The translations under genes and the position numbers were made by a program. DNA of 64,000 nucleotides from NCBI GenBank assembly GCA_017654855.1, contig CM030333.1:2604001-2668000 (forward strand). The letters run 5' to 3'. Position 1 is the stretch's first letter; every line of letters begins with the position of its first letter. The notes under the pieces were generated by a model. The model was not told the origin of the DNA. It worked only from the letters and a program-made list of their open reading frames with translations, and ran no database searches. This DNA comes from Podospora anserina. Taxonomy: Eukaryota. Shown here one piece after another: positions 1 to 11,551 of the stretch.

Positions 1-2211
1 AAAAGATTCTGAGAACTTTGTTGACTTTGCACCATGTTGCCGTACAATTGTTGCTCCTGGTTAGGTGTCTGAGAGGGTTGCCGCTCGAACGCTGACTGCG
101 GCACCAACGTCGCAGACGACGGAGCGTCAGGTCCAGTTACCGCGGTGGCGGAACCAGCGGCGTCAGATGTGACCGCCTCCTTGGAAATGACTTCATCGGT
201 AGCCACAATCTTGACCACCCCATAGTACGGAATAAACACACGGAGGACGTTTTGACGGCTCGGCGTGGTGACGGACTCGGAGCTAGACCGGTGAACGGCC
301 TGGGTGTCGTACTTTCGCCGCCCGTTGGCCGCGTCAGCCTCGATGGCCATGAGCCTGCGTATCAGACCGGCGCTCTTCTCGCTTAGCGCATCCGCATTGA
401 CTTTGTTGAACGCGTCCATGTTCTCGAGATACCCCTCCACCAAGCCTAAATCTCCAAGCCTTTGGTGGGCGAGAATGCTGTGATCTGGGGGTTGGCAATG
501 ACCTTGCAGGTGTGCCAAAAGGAGCGTCATGGCAGCCATGAGGGCGTAGAAGTCCACAGCGCGGCAGCAGAAGGCGACGTTGTCTTGGGCCCGGAAGAGG
601 ACAAAGCGGGTGAGTAGCTCTCTCGAGGCGGTGACGCAGACATCGCGGCTGTAAGAAGAGTTGCTCGGGTCGAGAGACTGCTTACTGGATCGCAGCAACA
701 TGTATGGAAGATGAAGCTGGTTCAAAAGGTTGTAGTGGAATACTTGCCTCATCAGTTGCCACATTCTCCCGAGCATCTCGCTCACGTCATTGCCGGCACC
801 AATGAGACTGGGCGGCAACCACCATCTTCCCGGCAGTTCCCCTGCCATCTTCTGCAACTCCAGATCAAGGGCTTTGGTGGATGCATACTCGTGGAAGCTT
901 GGATCAGATTCATTCCGCTCCAGGATCCGAGCTGCGACACCCATCTGAAGACGTTCGAGTTTATTGACGGGGGCGTCGTCACCCGGCAGGTGGACACGTG
1001 AAGCCACTGCTGCTTCCATTGCGCCTTGCGGAAGGCCAAGCATGAGGGACACAACAGCATCTGCACATACAAGACGATGAAAGAGGTGTTGGGGAGCCAC
1101 TGGCATCGAAGCGTCGAGAATTCTCAGAGGCCGGTGCTGGTAGCTTCGATGAATACCCATCAACTGGCCGACCGTTATAGCGCGGCGGAAGGCCAGCCAG
1201 GCTCGGCGTAGGTTCCCGCAGTTCATCTGAAATAGACCCTCTAGCAGGATACAATGCAACGACTCAATGGAGCTAAGCATTTCATCGTTGGTGGTAACGA
1301 GCCGGATTGCCGTGTCCGCTAGCCTCCGCATGATGGTCCGTGGAGTTTCGCAGTCAGGCGGGAGATCTGTGTATGCATTCCTGTGGGTGTACTGTAGAGA
1401 CAGGCAAAGAACAAGCATGTGTCGAGCTACCAGGACCGGATGGAGATCTCGGGGCGGAATTCCAAACACGACTTTTGGGTCACTGTTTCCGCCGAGGCCT
1501 GACGCAGGGTCGGCGCTGGTCAATGCCAAGGCAAACAAGCCAGCTTTGTTTCCGCCGAGCTCGTAGATAGTATCAAGGTCCTGTCGAGATGGGTATGCCG
1601 AATGCAGTGCTTCGGAGAGTCGGCCGTGCTTGCCATCGTCAGGTCGTAGCTTGGCGAGACACTCGGCAGGATTTGGGCGTTGAACACCGAGACTTTCATC
1701 TTCGAGATCCAGCCCTTCCTGTAGAAGGGTATCAATAGCTTGTCACGCCAGTCAGTTGCATGATGCGTCATACCTGAGGAGCATCAAGAATACCAAACTG
1801 GTGACTTGATTCCGAGCCAGTTGATCCATCATCTTTGACTACCACAGAAGCCTCTGCGGGTTTCAACAGTGCCTGCACAGCGGATGGATCACCTCCAACC
1901 TTCTTGACCAGCTGCTCAATCAACGTCTCAACCCGAATGATTCGGTCTCCCATCTGACGTGTACGATCCGCTGGGGTTGAAAGTTCCTCAGGAAGATCCT
2001 GGCTTCTGCAGTCGGTGTCCCTACGATGACATCCGATGCAGATAGCATCACCCGGAGCAGCAAAGGTGCATCGGATCTTTCTCCGCTTGCATTCCCAGCA
2101 GCTGTGTGTCCCTTTCCGAATTCTGCGGGCCTGCAGTTTGAGTGCTTTCTGTGTGTATATGGTCTGTGGCATCAGGGTGCCGACAGGTGAGCGAGCCGTT
2201 TCGGTTTCCAT
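1..2211 (-). CDS. Zn(II)2Cys6 fungal transcription factor; 3' end lies outside the window
   Basis: Exon 1 (2211-1774) encodes CWECKRRKIRC-x8-CIGC-x6-C. Intron 1773-1719 (GTATGA..CTACAG). Exon 2 (from 1718) is in one frame at every point spot-checked down to base 1 and contains middle-homology-type motifs LMLGLPQG, HLPYML and FCCRAVDF. Confidence 0.9.
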
Positions 2212-2971
2212 CTTCTCGCACTTTCGAGCTGAGAGCTCTATGGGTGTTGTAATGGGATGTGGTTGTGCTGGAAGGAGGTGCAGGAACCGTGGTGGTCGGC
2301 GTTCTCAAGTGTGTAAGTGCAAGAAGCCCGCAACGGCGGAGGTGTAAAAGAGCAGTTTGTGATTTTCTTCCGCCGCGTCGGCGGTCCAAAACGGCGGTGT
2401 CTTCAGCATTCGTAATCAACCCCCTGGGTGGTTGGCAGCCTACTGGTCGGTCAGCAACGACAGCATAAGCAGATGTGCGGCACAGCGGGCAGGAGCCTCC
2501 GGTGCTCTGGATCGGTTATTCCCGTAGATGAGGTTTTGCGACATCAGGATTTGGTTATCTAGAATTTTATTCGAAGACTGTCGTCATAGGAGTTATCCTT
2601 CGAGATAGAATTCTTTGCCCAGATATTTGGCCTTGAGAGGTGTTGCCGTGGCAACGCTTTACCCCTGAATCCCTTGAGATTCCCATATAAAAACAAATTA
2701 TCCTTCTTCTTTTTGTTGTTTGAATTCATTGATTGTTCTATCATTTTGCTAAGATCGTCGTATCATGATCACCAATTATATGCCAAAGCACACACATGAA
2801 ACCCCCTTTTCGAATCGTAAAGCCCACCCATTATCCACCCTGATTAAAACACCTTTCTGAAACCCCGTGTCCGATAGCCCAATTAATCCAAAGTAAAACG
2901 CCAGCCCGCCTGTTCTGGCATATCTGAAAATCAAAAATCAAAATCGTAAATAAGGAAAATCGTCCTCACCC

Positions 2972-4828
2972 CTATGCCACCGCCCCAGCAGCCCTCAAGG
3001 TCTCTGGGTTTAGTCTTTTCCAGCTGAAGAAAAAACTCAAAACAAAGGAAAGCCCAACGGCTCCAATGGCAATCGCTAACGCTGTTTTGATTCCGGCCAT
3101 GTAGGCGATCAAAATCCCCGGTACTTGCTCCGCTGGGAAAACGGTCGTGATTGCGGTGGCGCCTGTGCCCAAGACTGCAAGTGCGTTGACATCAGGCGCT
3201 GAGATGGCCAGTTCCTTCATGAGCTCGTTGACAAAGGCGGATTGACCAGCCGAGACCCAGAAGGCACCACCAACTGTTTGGAAGACTGCACCAAAAGTGT
3301 TAGCGTGAGAAACAGAGACAAAAAGGGGTATATTCACAAAGAACGATAGCAGTGACACTGCTCAAATCGTCAATCTCGGCCGTCGCCTGGCTGACGATGA
3401 TGGGAATTTGGAACGCACTCCCCCACGCAATACCTCCCAGGATTTGATATCCAATCCACATGCCCGCCGATGACCTAATGTCAAGTGTGTACAACAGACC
3501 AGCCGCCACGGTAGCCAGCGCTGCCCCTCCCACCGCTAAAGGTGTAGCATAGCCCGTCGCCGAAACCGCCCCTCCTCCCACGATCGTCGCTACTGTGACC
3601 GACAGAATCAGCGGCAGGTTTTTCACCCCTGATTCCGTCGGTGTAGCATTGCCGATACTTTGGAAGTAAATCGGCAGGTAATAAATGATGATGAAATAAC
3701 TCCCGGCAAACAGTAACGAAAACATGCTGCAAACCCACACCTGCCTCTGCACGAATAGCCTTGGTACGATCATGGACCTCTCCCCATTATACCACTCCCA
3801 GACACCAAACGCGATGGAAATCATGACGAATCCAACCAAAAGTCCAACGACCTTCCGGTGATGCCATGCAAGTGTCTGCCCGCCATATTGTAGCGCAAGA
3901 ATGTATGTGATGACACCGGCCATGATGAGTGCCGTGCCAACGGGGTCCATCTGCAAAAGCTTCTCCTTGAGAGTCGCCTCCGCCGGCTTGCATCCCGCTG
4001 GGGTCCGGAACAAGAAGATGATGATCAGCGCCGACAGTCCGCCAATGGGCAAGTTGATGTAGAAGCACCATCTCCACGTCACCCTATCCGCAAATACGCC
4101 TCCAATCAGCGGTCCAACAACGGCAGCAACACCATAGGCCGTGCCAATAATGCCGGTGAAGACTGGTCGCTTTTTCGGCTCGGCGGAAAAGGCGATGAGG
4201 GTGTATGCTCCGGAGCCGATACCAGCCGCTCCCACCCCGGCAACAGCACGGCCAATGATCAGAGTAGGTGAATTGGGTGCCACGCCACAGATCAATGACC
4301 CAAGCTCAAAGATGAAGATGGAGATGAGGTAAGAGATCTTGAGCGGAAAATACTTGAACACCTTGCCCCACGAGGATTGGAACCCGCCGACAGTCATGAA
4401 GAAAGCTGCGCCGTACCAGGCTACGTCTTCGAGGCCGTTGAACTCGTCGGTGATCTTTGGAATGGCGGTTGCTACTATTGTCTGTTTGACGAGTTAGCAT
4501 CACTGAGAAAGGCACAGTGTGTGGATCGAAAACTGACCATGTCGAGAGAAACGAGAAAGACGCTGAGAACCAAGGCGATGATGATACAAGCAAACGTCCA
4601 TCCTGTTGGATACTCTGTTGGCGGCACATGTAATGACTTCCCTCGGCTCCTGTATTTCTCTGACAGACGTCCCAGGTTGGTGGATGAGTTTGGTGTGGAA
4701 CCACTGCTGAGGTAAGCGTGATAGCGATTTCTTGGGGTAGCTGGAGTTTCGAGTTTGAAGAGGGATGATACCGAGTTTTGCGATGCCAGTGGCCCATGTG
4801 CGTGTGTGTAGGCACTATAAGGTGCCAT
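2972..4828 (-). CDS. MFS drug:H+ antiporter, DHA2/14-TM family (GliA/AflT-like efflux pump)
   Basis: Exons 4828-4538, 4481-3338, 3285-2972 with canonical GT..AG introns. Motifs FLVSLDMTIVATAIP, GRAVAGVG, WRWCFYINLP, YYLPIYFQ. Start codon is tentative. Confidence 0.92.
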
Positions 4829-6052
4829 GGTGGTGTTTGAACGAGCGACAGACAGCCAAAATGAGGGGAGGATTCCTAAAAGACTGGACAATTCACCACA
4901 GGTGGCTAGGAGAGAGCGAAATACAAGGCAATGTGACAAGACTTGGCGAGGAGCAAGTGATGCCGAATACCGAGTGGTAAGACGAAAGGGCTTGGGAATC
5001 CTTTATGTTCATGATGTCCAAGATGGGAATCCACACTGCACGTACATGCAAGACACCGATTCCGTGGCAGCGATTCTCCGGGAAGGCGTTCTCGGCGGCA
5101 ACATCTCAGAGATTACCTCGTCCACTGCGACCACAGTGCCGCGCGAAGAGAGGATGGTTCCCAGGTGCAGAAACGCGCACCACATCTGCCGAGAGGTGCA
5201 TTTTCGATGCGCATACCAGCAGCTACCTGCTTCATCTCTACTTGGAAGATTCCGCAGCCGATGACGAGATGTATTCGGGTCGGGTTTCATCAAGGACTCA
5301 ACCCTGGTGCAGGAGTAGGCGCCGGACATTAAATCGGGGTGCGGTTTGTCTGCAGAACACCGCTATTTTAGTGCGAGTATAAGCCAGACACCACAAGAAA
5401 GCGCAGAGCATCTCACCTTGCAATTGGTGTTGTTGTCTTTTGCTGCAACATTCTCACCGGTTCGGATTGGTGATGCGCTGCGGCGTTGCCGACGCCACAC
5501 ATACTTTCTTGAAAATATTTGTGGCAACATTAGAAGGTGGATGCATTTGCCTGGAAGATAGAGACCTGCACCTTCCCTTTCCTATTCATAGGCATGCACC
5601 TTCCATCTCTGCAACCTAGCTACTTGTACTAATTACTCAGCTCATGTGATCAATGAGGACCCCCCTCATGCAACTTTTCTTTCATCAGTTTCCTTCATGT
5701 TCAGAGTGTTCCTATTTTCATCCATCTTATCCAGCATCTCATCATCAACCCGAATATCGGCATTCACACCGCTGCAGTCAACTCCTTACAAAATCGGTCT
5801 TCATGTTCATCTCAAGATGTCAACCGATAATTGATCACACGTCTTCTTCTGAAGAGAACCCACATGAGCGTGTCGAAAATCTGAGGTGGAAATCAAACAC
5901 AATAAATTCAATCTAACCAAATTACGTACACCCATCGATCACTCTATTCCATCCCAGCTTTGTGTTCTTCCACTCATCAAGTCTCTTTCCACCCGAATAA
6001 TTTCACTGACCAAGCTCTTATCAGAAACCATCCACCCCCCACCACCCACACC

Positions 6053-6919
6053 TCACTCATAGATCACATTAGCCACAATGGCGAACTCAGTCCTGATCGG
6101 CCGACTCGGCTCCCCAACAACAGCAGTCGCCTGTCCAACAACAGCAGTCGGCTCCCCCACAACGGCAGTCGCCTGTTCGACTTTTACAACATTGTCACCG
6201 TTCACGGCCGTGTTCTGTCTCGCCCGAATAGCAGTGATAAACCCATCAGCTACCTGGAAAACAGGCACTTCGGTCACAACCGGCGGCGAAACCGGAGTAA
6301 CCGGAATCTGGGTACCAATTACCACAGAGGGGGCATTCGGAATGACGGTATCGATCGGTGCCGGAGGAGCGTCGGGAATAGCGGTACTGATTGGTGCCGG
6401 AGGAGCATCGAGGATAGTGGTAGGAACTGGTGCCGGAGGAGCATCGAGGATAGCGGTGCTAATTGGCACTGGGGGCGCTTCGGGAATGGGAATTGCGGTA
6501 TCAACAGGCTGAGGCGCCTCGTCGACGGGAAAGGCGGTGCTCTCAGCCTGACGACGTTCAACTTGGCGCTGTTGGAGGCCGTCGATAATGTCGATGAGGT
6601 CTCCCAACTCATATGTTTGTCTTTTGGCAGGGCTGGAACCGAATCTCCCACGAGACACATCATTCGGACCGGGGATTGTACCACCACCTACCCGGTAGGT
6701 CCTAGTGTCCAAGGGCGAGTCATCCCTCTTCGCAGGACTAGCGCCGAATCTACCGCGAGAGACGCCGTTCTGGCTTGGAATACCGTTGCCACCACGGTAG
6801 GCTCTCTCAGAAAGCTGGGTGGAAGCCAGGCCAGGCTCTGCCGGCAGGGCTCGTGCCTGGGCAACGTGGACGTCGAGCGCGGCGAGGAGGAGGATGCAGT
6901 TGGAGATGGTGAGCTTCAT
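6053..6919 (-). CDS. Secreted protein with two KR-terminated peptide repeats and Pro/Thr-rich repeats (KEP-like candidate)
   Basis: Signal-peptide-like N-terminus MKLTISNCILLLAALDVHVAQA; two copies of YRxG(G)xxIPxxNxVSRGRFGxSPAKR; 11-aa and 7-aa tandem repeats downstream. Confidence 0.75.
   Translation of the reverse strand: MKLTISNCILLLAALDVHVAQARALPAEPGLASTQLSERAYRGGNGIPSQNGVSRGRFGASPAKRDDSPLDTRTYRVGGGTIPGPNDVSRGRFGSSPAKRQTYELGDLIDIIDGLQQRQVERRQAESTAFPVDEAPQPVDTAIPIPEAPPVPISTAILDAPPAPVPTTILDAPPAPISTAIPDAPPAPIDTVIPNAPSVVIGTQIPVTPVSPPVVTEVPVFQVADGFITAIRARQNTAVNGDNVVKVEQATAVVGEPTAVVGQATAVVGEPSRPIRTEFAIVANVIYE
6106..6177. repeat. 21-bp coding tandem repeat, about 3.5 copies alternating two variants (TAVVGEP/TAVVGQA)
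   Basis: cggctccccaacaacagcagt / cgcctgtccaacaacagcagt / cggctcccccacaacggcagt / cgcctgttc. Confidence 0.9.
6330..6505. repeat. 33-bp coding tandem repeat, about 5 degenerate copies (TAIxDAPPAPI)
   Basis: ggtgccggaggagc[ag]tcg[ag]g recurs three times at 33-bp spacing, with degenerate flanking copies. Confidence 0.9.
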
Positions 6920-7856
6920 GTTTTCGGAGGGATGAAAGATCAAGTGGAAATAGATCAGACAATGGATAGCAGGTAATAAGGATTGGAATCTCAGGCCGGC
7001 CTGAAGTAGTGAAGTTTTTGTGTAGTGTTTGATTGCTCGGATGAAGATGCTGTTCAGTTTGATATTGACACTTCACTTGTTGGAACACAGCCTTATATAC
7101 ATTTTCAAATATAATGATCGCTCGAAATCTTTTTTACATGACAATAGGCAACAGTTCCGGAATTCAACCTTCCCGATAGTTACTTTGTCTGTCTTGGGAG
7201 TCAAAACTGGCCAGACGGGAAAATCAACGGCAAACATTTGACACGATTCATCATGCAGTTGACAGGAGAATTCAAGGCCTACGGTAAAAGTCTCAAGTCA
7301 TCTATGTTTGCATCCTAGGTGCATAATGCACTAGTTGTGGTCGTCTAGATCTGAATGTAAATCCCGGCAGTAGTAGGCCACATAGAGGGGTCAGTCTTGA
7401 CCTAGCATCGCCTCACTACTACGTTTTCCTTCAACTATGACCAAATGTTTGTACGTCAAAAAGAAATTAACCGACGGGGAGTTCTAATGGTCTGATGTAG
7501 ATCGACCCGTGTCGGCTCGTGAATATCGAACTTTAATGAAACCCGGGAATGGTAAATATGGGCCATGTTCGCGGCCCAGTTGCCTATCCCCTATAATTAT
7601 TGTTAAGTTATTTGATACAAGGTAAGTAATATTCTTTGTTTCGAGTTGCAAAGTGAAGTTATTGTGTAAATTCCCAATCTTTTGGACTTTCTGCTACACT
7701 GACAATATCAACAATGAGGACTGAATCCTGTCCCATCCCCAACGCCACGCTGCTAACATGACCGACAACACCAACTTTTTCTCTACCCATTCCCCCACCA
7801 TTCCATAAGCAACTTGCCCTCCTAGAAAACTTCTTATCTTTCTTTACGCCAAAAGC

Positions 7857-8804
7857 CTACTCCTTCTTCGACCTCTTACTATCCCCCCCCTCCAGCCCAT
7901 TCACCTCCCCCTCCCCAGCCCCATCCTCATCCATCCTATGAACCGTCCCCGCCCCACCACCCAACATCGACTCACTCAACACCCACCCACCACCCTCCCC
8001 CCCAGCATCACCATCCCCCTCCCCCCCACCAATCCAGTTCCCCTCCTCATCAAAAAACTCGTGCACATTCTCCGCCGTAATCCACCCCGAACTCCCCGGC
8101 ATAGCAGCCGGCAACCCCCCATCCCTCGCACCGGCAAAAACCCCGCTAAACCCCTCCACCGCCTCCCCCTCGAAAATAATCCGCGCCCCATCTTCATCCT
8201 CCTCCTCATCCTCATCCCCTTCCCCCTTGGGGTCAGGGTTAAGGTTAGAACAGTCGGAAATAGCCTCAAACAACCTCTCCGTCTCCGTCTTTGGCCTCCT
8301 CCCCCCAACCGTCACTTCTTCCTCCCGTTTCTGGGAAGCGGGAATAAGCGTCAGCTCGACCGCATCCCACTCATCATCCCCCGACCCGCCCTCTGCGAGC
8401 TCAAGCTGGAGGTAGACGCTGCTGAACTCGCCTATTTTCTGCACAGCGTGGATGCTGATTTGGTGGTAGGGGATTGTCAGTCCGGCCTCTGCCTGTGGGG
8501 AGAAGAGGACGAGGTTTTGGGATGTGACGAAGACGTCGAGCGCTTGTTCGTAGGTTGTTGGGAGGGATTCGGGGGAGAGGGCGAGGGATTCGGGGGGGGT
8601 TGGTCGGGTGGTGAGGTCGAGGGGGAAGAAGGGGAGTTTGCCGAGTTGGGTGGGGGAGGTGAGCCAGGCTTTGGTGGAGGGGGAGTGGTGGTGGAGGATG
8701 GGTTTGGTTGGCGAGAAGAAGGAGGTTGGGGTGTGGGATTGGTGGTCTGGGAGGGGGGTGTAGTCGGATAGGGAGGGGGGGGAGCGGATGGTGGTGAGGG
8801 ACAT
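7857..8804 (-). CDS. Lot5/pICln (Voldacs domain) protein
   Basis: PH-like core (LxIPYxxISIHA, VYLQL, LFEAISDCSNLNPDP), an acidic stretch and a GWITAEN..FDEEGN motif; single 315-aa ORF. Confidence 0.8.
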   Translation of the reverse strand: MSLTTIRSPPSLSDYTPLPDHQSHTPTSFFSPTKPILHHHSPSTKAWLTSPTQLGKLPFFPLDLTTRPTPPESLALSPESLPTTYEQALDVFVTSQNLVLFSPQAEAGLTIPYHQISIHAVQKIGEFSSVYLQLELAEGGSGDDEWDAVELTLIPASQKREEEVTVGGRRPKTETERLFEAISDCSNLNPDPKGEGDEDEEEDEDGARIIFEGEAVEGFSGVFAGARDGGLPAAMPGSSGWITAENVHEFFDEEGNWIGGGEGDGDAGGEGGGWVLSESMLGGGAGTVHRMDEDGAGEGEVNGLEGGDSKRSKKE

Positions 8805-8822
8805 TTTGGCGGTTGTCGTCGT

Positions 8823-8870
8823 GGTATTGGTGAGGGTGGTATTGGTGAGGGTGGTATTGGTGAGGGTGGT
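8823..8870. repeat. 15-bp tandem repeat x3 just upstream of the Lot5-like ATG (probable 5' UTR)
   Basis: (ggtattggtgagggt)x3. Confidence 0.9.
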
Positions 8871-9200
8871 TTTGGTGTTGTTTGGTTTGCGCTGGTCAAA
8901 GTCGCGAATGTTGACTTTGGGGAACGCCCGCTGGCAAGGTGGGGAGCTAGCTGGTTTAAGCTGCTGGAGCTGTCAAATTTTGGTGGGGTCAAGCTTGCGT
9001 TATCGATAACCTTATCGAGACGTCCCTCTTTCGTCATGCGGCTTGTGTGGCCAGGAGGGTTCTCGCGTGGCCAACAGAAACTTTGGAGCAAACGCGTGGC
9101 ACTTCATACAAGAATCGTGTCAATTGATCACCTCGAGTTTTTTTAAACAGCAAACAGAAATTGCCATCAAATGATCAAATAAACGCGGCGAATCATCACC

Positions 9201-9847
9201 ATGCACGACAACCGTATGTCGTCCTCCGTCCTCAACTCTACGGAAACGCGTTGACTAACACCATCATCCAAGGCTCCCACCCCTTCCTCCAACAAGTCCC
9301 CCTCACCGTCTCCCCCTTTGTCAACCTCCCTACGGCAACCACACTCCCATACACATACAAGCCCATGCCTTCCGCCCTCCCCCCATCAGCCTCGGGCATC
9401 ACATCAGACTCGGCCGCTGGGGGCCCAGAACCGAAATATGTCGTCTCACCGTCTGGGCACGCGGCCCATCCAAACGATATTATCGCCTCTTGTCGAGCAC
9501 TGCGAGATCACATTGCCAAACTCACGGCTGATGCCGAGGCGGAGATCAAAGCGATAGATGAGAGGATAAAGGCTGCTGAGCTGGCTGAGAAGAGGAGGCT
9601 AGCACCTGGTTGGCTGGATAGTGATGTAAGGGTTCTTCAGCCGGAGAGAAAGAGTGTTGCGCCTGATGGGTCTGGTATAGAGGGCTTTTGGCAGTTGAGT
9701 CTTGGGGAAGGTGGTCATGGGGAGGGAAATACTAGTCAACAGCAGCAAGGGCATGGGCCGGGAGGGGCGAGTGAGATGGCGGTGCCGGATGAGGGGGAGG
9801 AGCTGGATAGGGCTTTTGGGAAGCTTGGGATGGGGGGCCCGAAGTGA
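9201..9847 (+). CDS. Fungal hypothetical protein (about 195 aa)
   Basis: ATG at 9201 in a CACCATG context; intron 9214-9272 (GTATGT..CTAAC..CAAG) restores frame to MHDNRSHPFLQQVPLTVSPF; contains EKRRLAPGWLDS and EGEELDRAFG motifs. Confidence 0.75.
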
Positions 9848-10274
9848 TGTTGGCTAGTTATGATACATGATATTGCTTGGATACGCAGCGTGATGATGCG
9901 AGGGAGGGTTCAAGGCTCTACCCTAACCCTGGCAGCGGTGGTGGAGCTACCCCAGAAAGTCCACAGCTTGGCATTGCCGCCTCCCTGTTGGACAGATCAG
10001 ATACCCAAAAGTTGCTTCAAAATATTCTCAGCATCAATTTTCTCTAAATCTGCGCATCCACCCTCCTGTCCGTCATATCAAGAATTGATCAGCCCAAATT
10101 TCTGACGTCTGATATACCCAATCCGGTTAGCGCCATCAATTTAAGTTCTGCTCCACTTCTCCAAAACCCGCCGCAGTCAAGTCGCAAAGTCGCGTCTCCC
10201 AAAGCTTGCCAGATTCTCGACCTTTTGCGACAACACCACCACCACCATCACAACCACCAACAAAACAACCAAAA

Positions 10275-11420
10275 ATGGGCCTCCCGCCCCGACGCGCCCC
10301 TTCCCCCTCCGAGTCCGGCTCCGAATCCGGCTCCGGGTCAGAATCCTCCAGCAGCAGCGAAGACTCGGCCCCACGCAGACCCCTAATGGCCCGCCCAAAA
10401 TTCATCCCCAAATCCCAACGCAACAAGACGCCCGCCCAGCTCGCCCGAGAGCAAGAATCGGCTCTGGCCGCCGCCGAGGAAGCCGCGCGCAAAGCCGCCG
10501 CTGACGCGTTGGTAGAAGAACAAATCGCCAAGGACCTCCTGGCTCGGAAATCAGGAAAAAAAGCCTGGGACGACGACGACGATGAAGAGAATAAACTCGA
10601 GGTGGACGACACTGACGATCTTGATCCCGAGGCGGAATATGCTGCTTGGAAGCTGAGGGAGTTGAAAAGACTGAAACGGGAGAGGGAGGCGATTGAGGCA
10701 AAGGAGAGGGAGCTGGCTGAGGTGGAGAGGAGGAGGGGGTTGACTGAAGAGGAGAGGAAAAAGGAGGATGAGGAGCACTTGCGGAAACAGAAAGAGGAAA
10801 GGGAGGGGAAGGGGAAGGTGGGGTTTATGCAAAAGTATTTCCATAAGGGGGCGTTTTATAACGATCAGGGGGCTGAGGCGGGGTTGGTGGGGAGGGATGT
10901 GATGGGGGCGAGGTTTGCGGATGAGGTTAGGAATCGGGAGTTGTTGCCTAAGGCTTTGCAGATGAGGGATATGACTAAGGTCGGGAAGAAGGGGGCGACG
11001 AAGTATAGGGATATGAGGAGTGAGGATACGGGTTCTTGGGGGGGGATTAGTGGGGGGAGGAGGGGGGGACCTGGGAGGTTGGATGATAGGGGGTTGGATG
11101 AGAGGTTTCAGAGTGATGGTCGAGGGGGGTGGAGGGAGAGGGAGGGAGGGGGGGAGGGGCCGAGGGGGTCGAATGCTGTTCCGTTGGGGGAGAGGAGGGA
11201 GAGGGCGAGGGATGAGGACAGGTACAGAGATCGGGACAGGGATAGGAGGGGGAATGATGATGATGATGATCGGGAGAGGCATCGGAGGCGGGATGACAGT
11301 CGTGATCGGAGGCGGTCGAGGTCACGGTCACGATCTCCGAGACGGAAACGCTCGCCTTCACGGGAACGGAGGAGGGATCGGTATGATAGTGACAAGCGGA
11401 GGAAGATAGATGGCCGGTAG
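10275..11420 (+). CDS. MFAP1/Spp381-like spliceosomal B-complex protein
   Basis: Motifs EYAAWKLRELKRLKRERE, FMQKYFHKGAFY, LLPKALQMR, GKKGATKY..EDT; RS/RD-rich tail. Confidence 0.92.
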   Translation: MGLPPRRAPSPSESGSESGSGSESSSSSEDSAPRRPLMARPKFIPKSQRNKTPAQLAREQESALAAAEEAARKAAADALVEEQIAKDLLARKSGKKAWDDDDDEENKLEVDDTDDLDPEAEYAAWKLRELKRLKREREAIEAKERELAEVERRRGLTEEERKKEDEEHLRKQKEEREGKGKVGFMQKYFHKGAFYNDQGAEAGLVGRDVMGARFADEVRNRELLPKALQMRDMTKVGKKGATKYRDMRSEDTGSWGGISGGRRGGPGRLDDRGLDERFQSDGRGGWREREGGGEGPRGSNAVPLGERRERARDEDRYRDRDRDRRGNDDDDDRERHRRRDDSRDRRRSRSRSRSPRRKRSPSRERRRDRYDSDKRRKIDGR

Positions 11421-11551
11421 AAGCATCGCTTAAGTTGTTTATAGGAAGCAGTACATAATATGACAAACAAGGCCAGATCTTTTCACATGTTCAGGGCATT
11501 TTTGAGGGCCAACATTACTCTTGTTCAACTGCTCTCTAACCCAAGCCCTCC

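Noticed and set aside
5640-5800. Short acidic minus-strand open frame, possibly an extra exon of the secreted gene
   Set aside because: No convincing splice path or start codon; too short to support.
6106-6505. Regularly spaced repeats as a CRISPR-like array
   Set aside because: Head-to-tail coding repeats without unique spacers, in a eukaryotic gene.
5960-6976. 338-aa plus-strand ORF
   Set aside because: Antisense shadow of the repeat-rich secreted gene; no independent protein features.
7468-7520. ccgacgggga...cccgtgtcgg hairpin resembling a tRNA end
   Set aside because: No T-loop, D-arm or cloverleaf could be built.
7938-8771. 277-aa plus ORF, and similar antisense ORFs at 10551-11282, 33047-33898 and 55462-56271
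   Set aside because: Shadow frames produced by codon bias and C/G skew of the real genes on the opposite strand.
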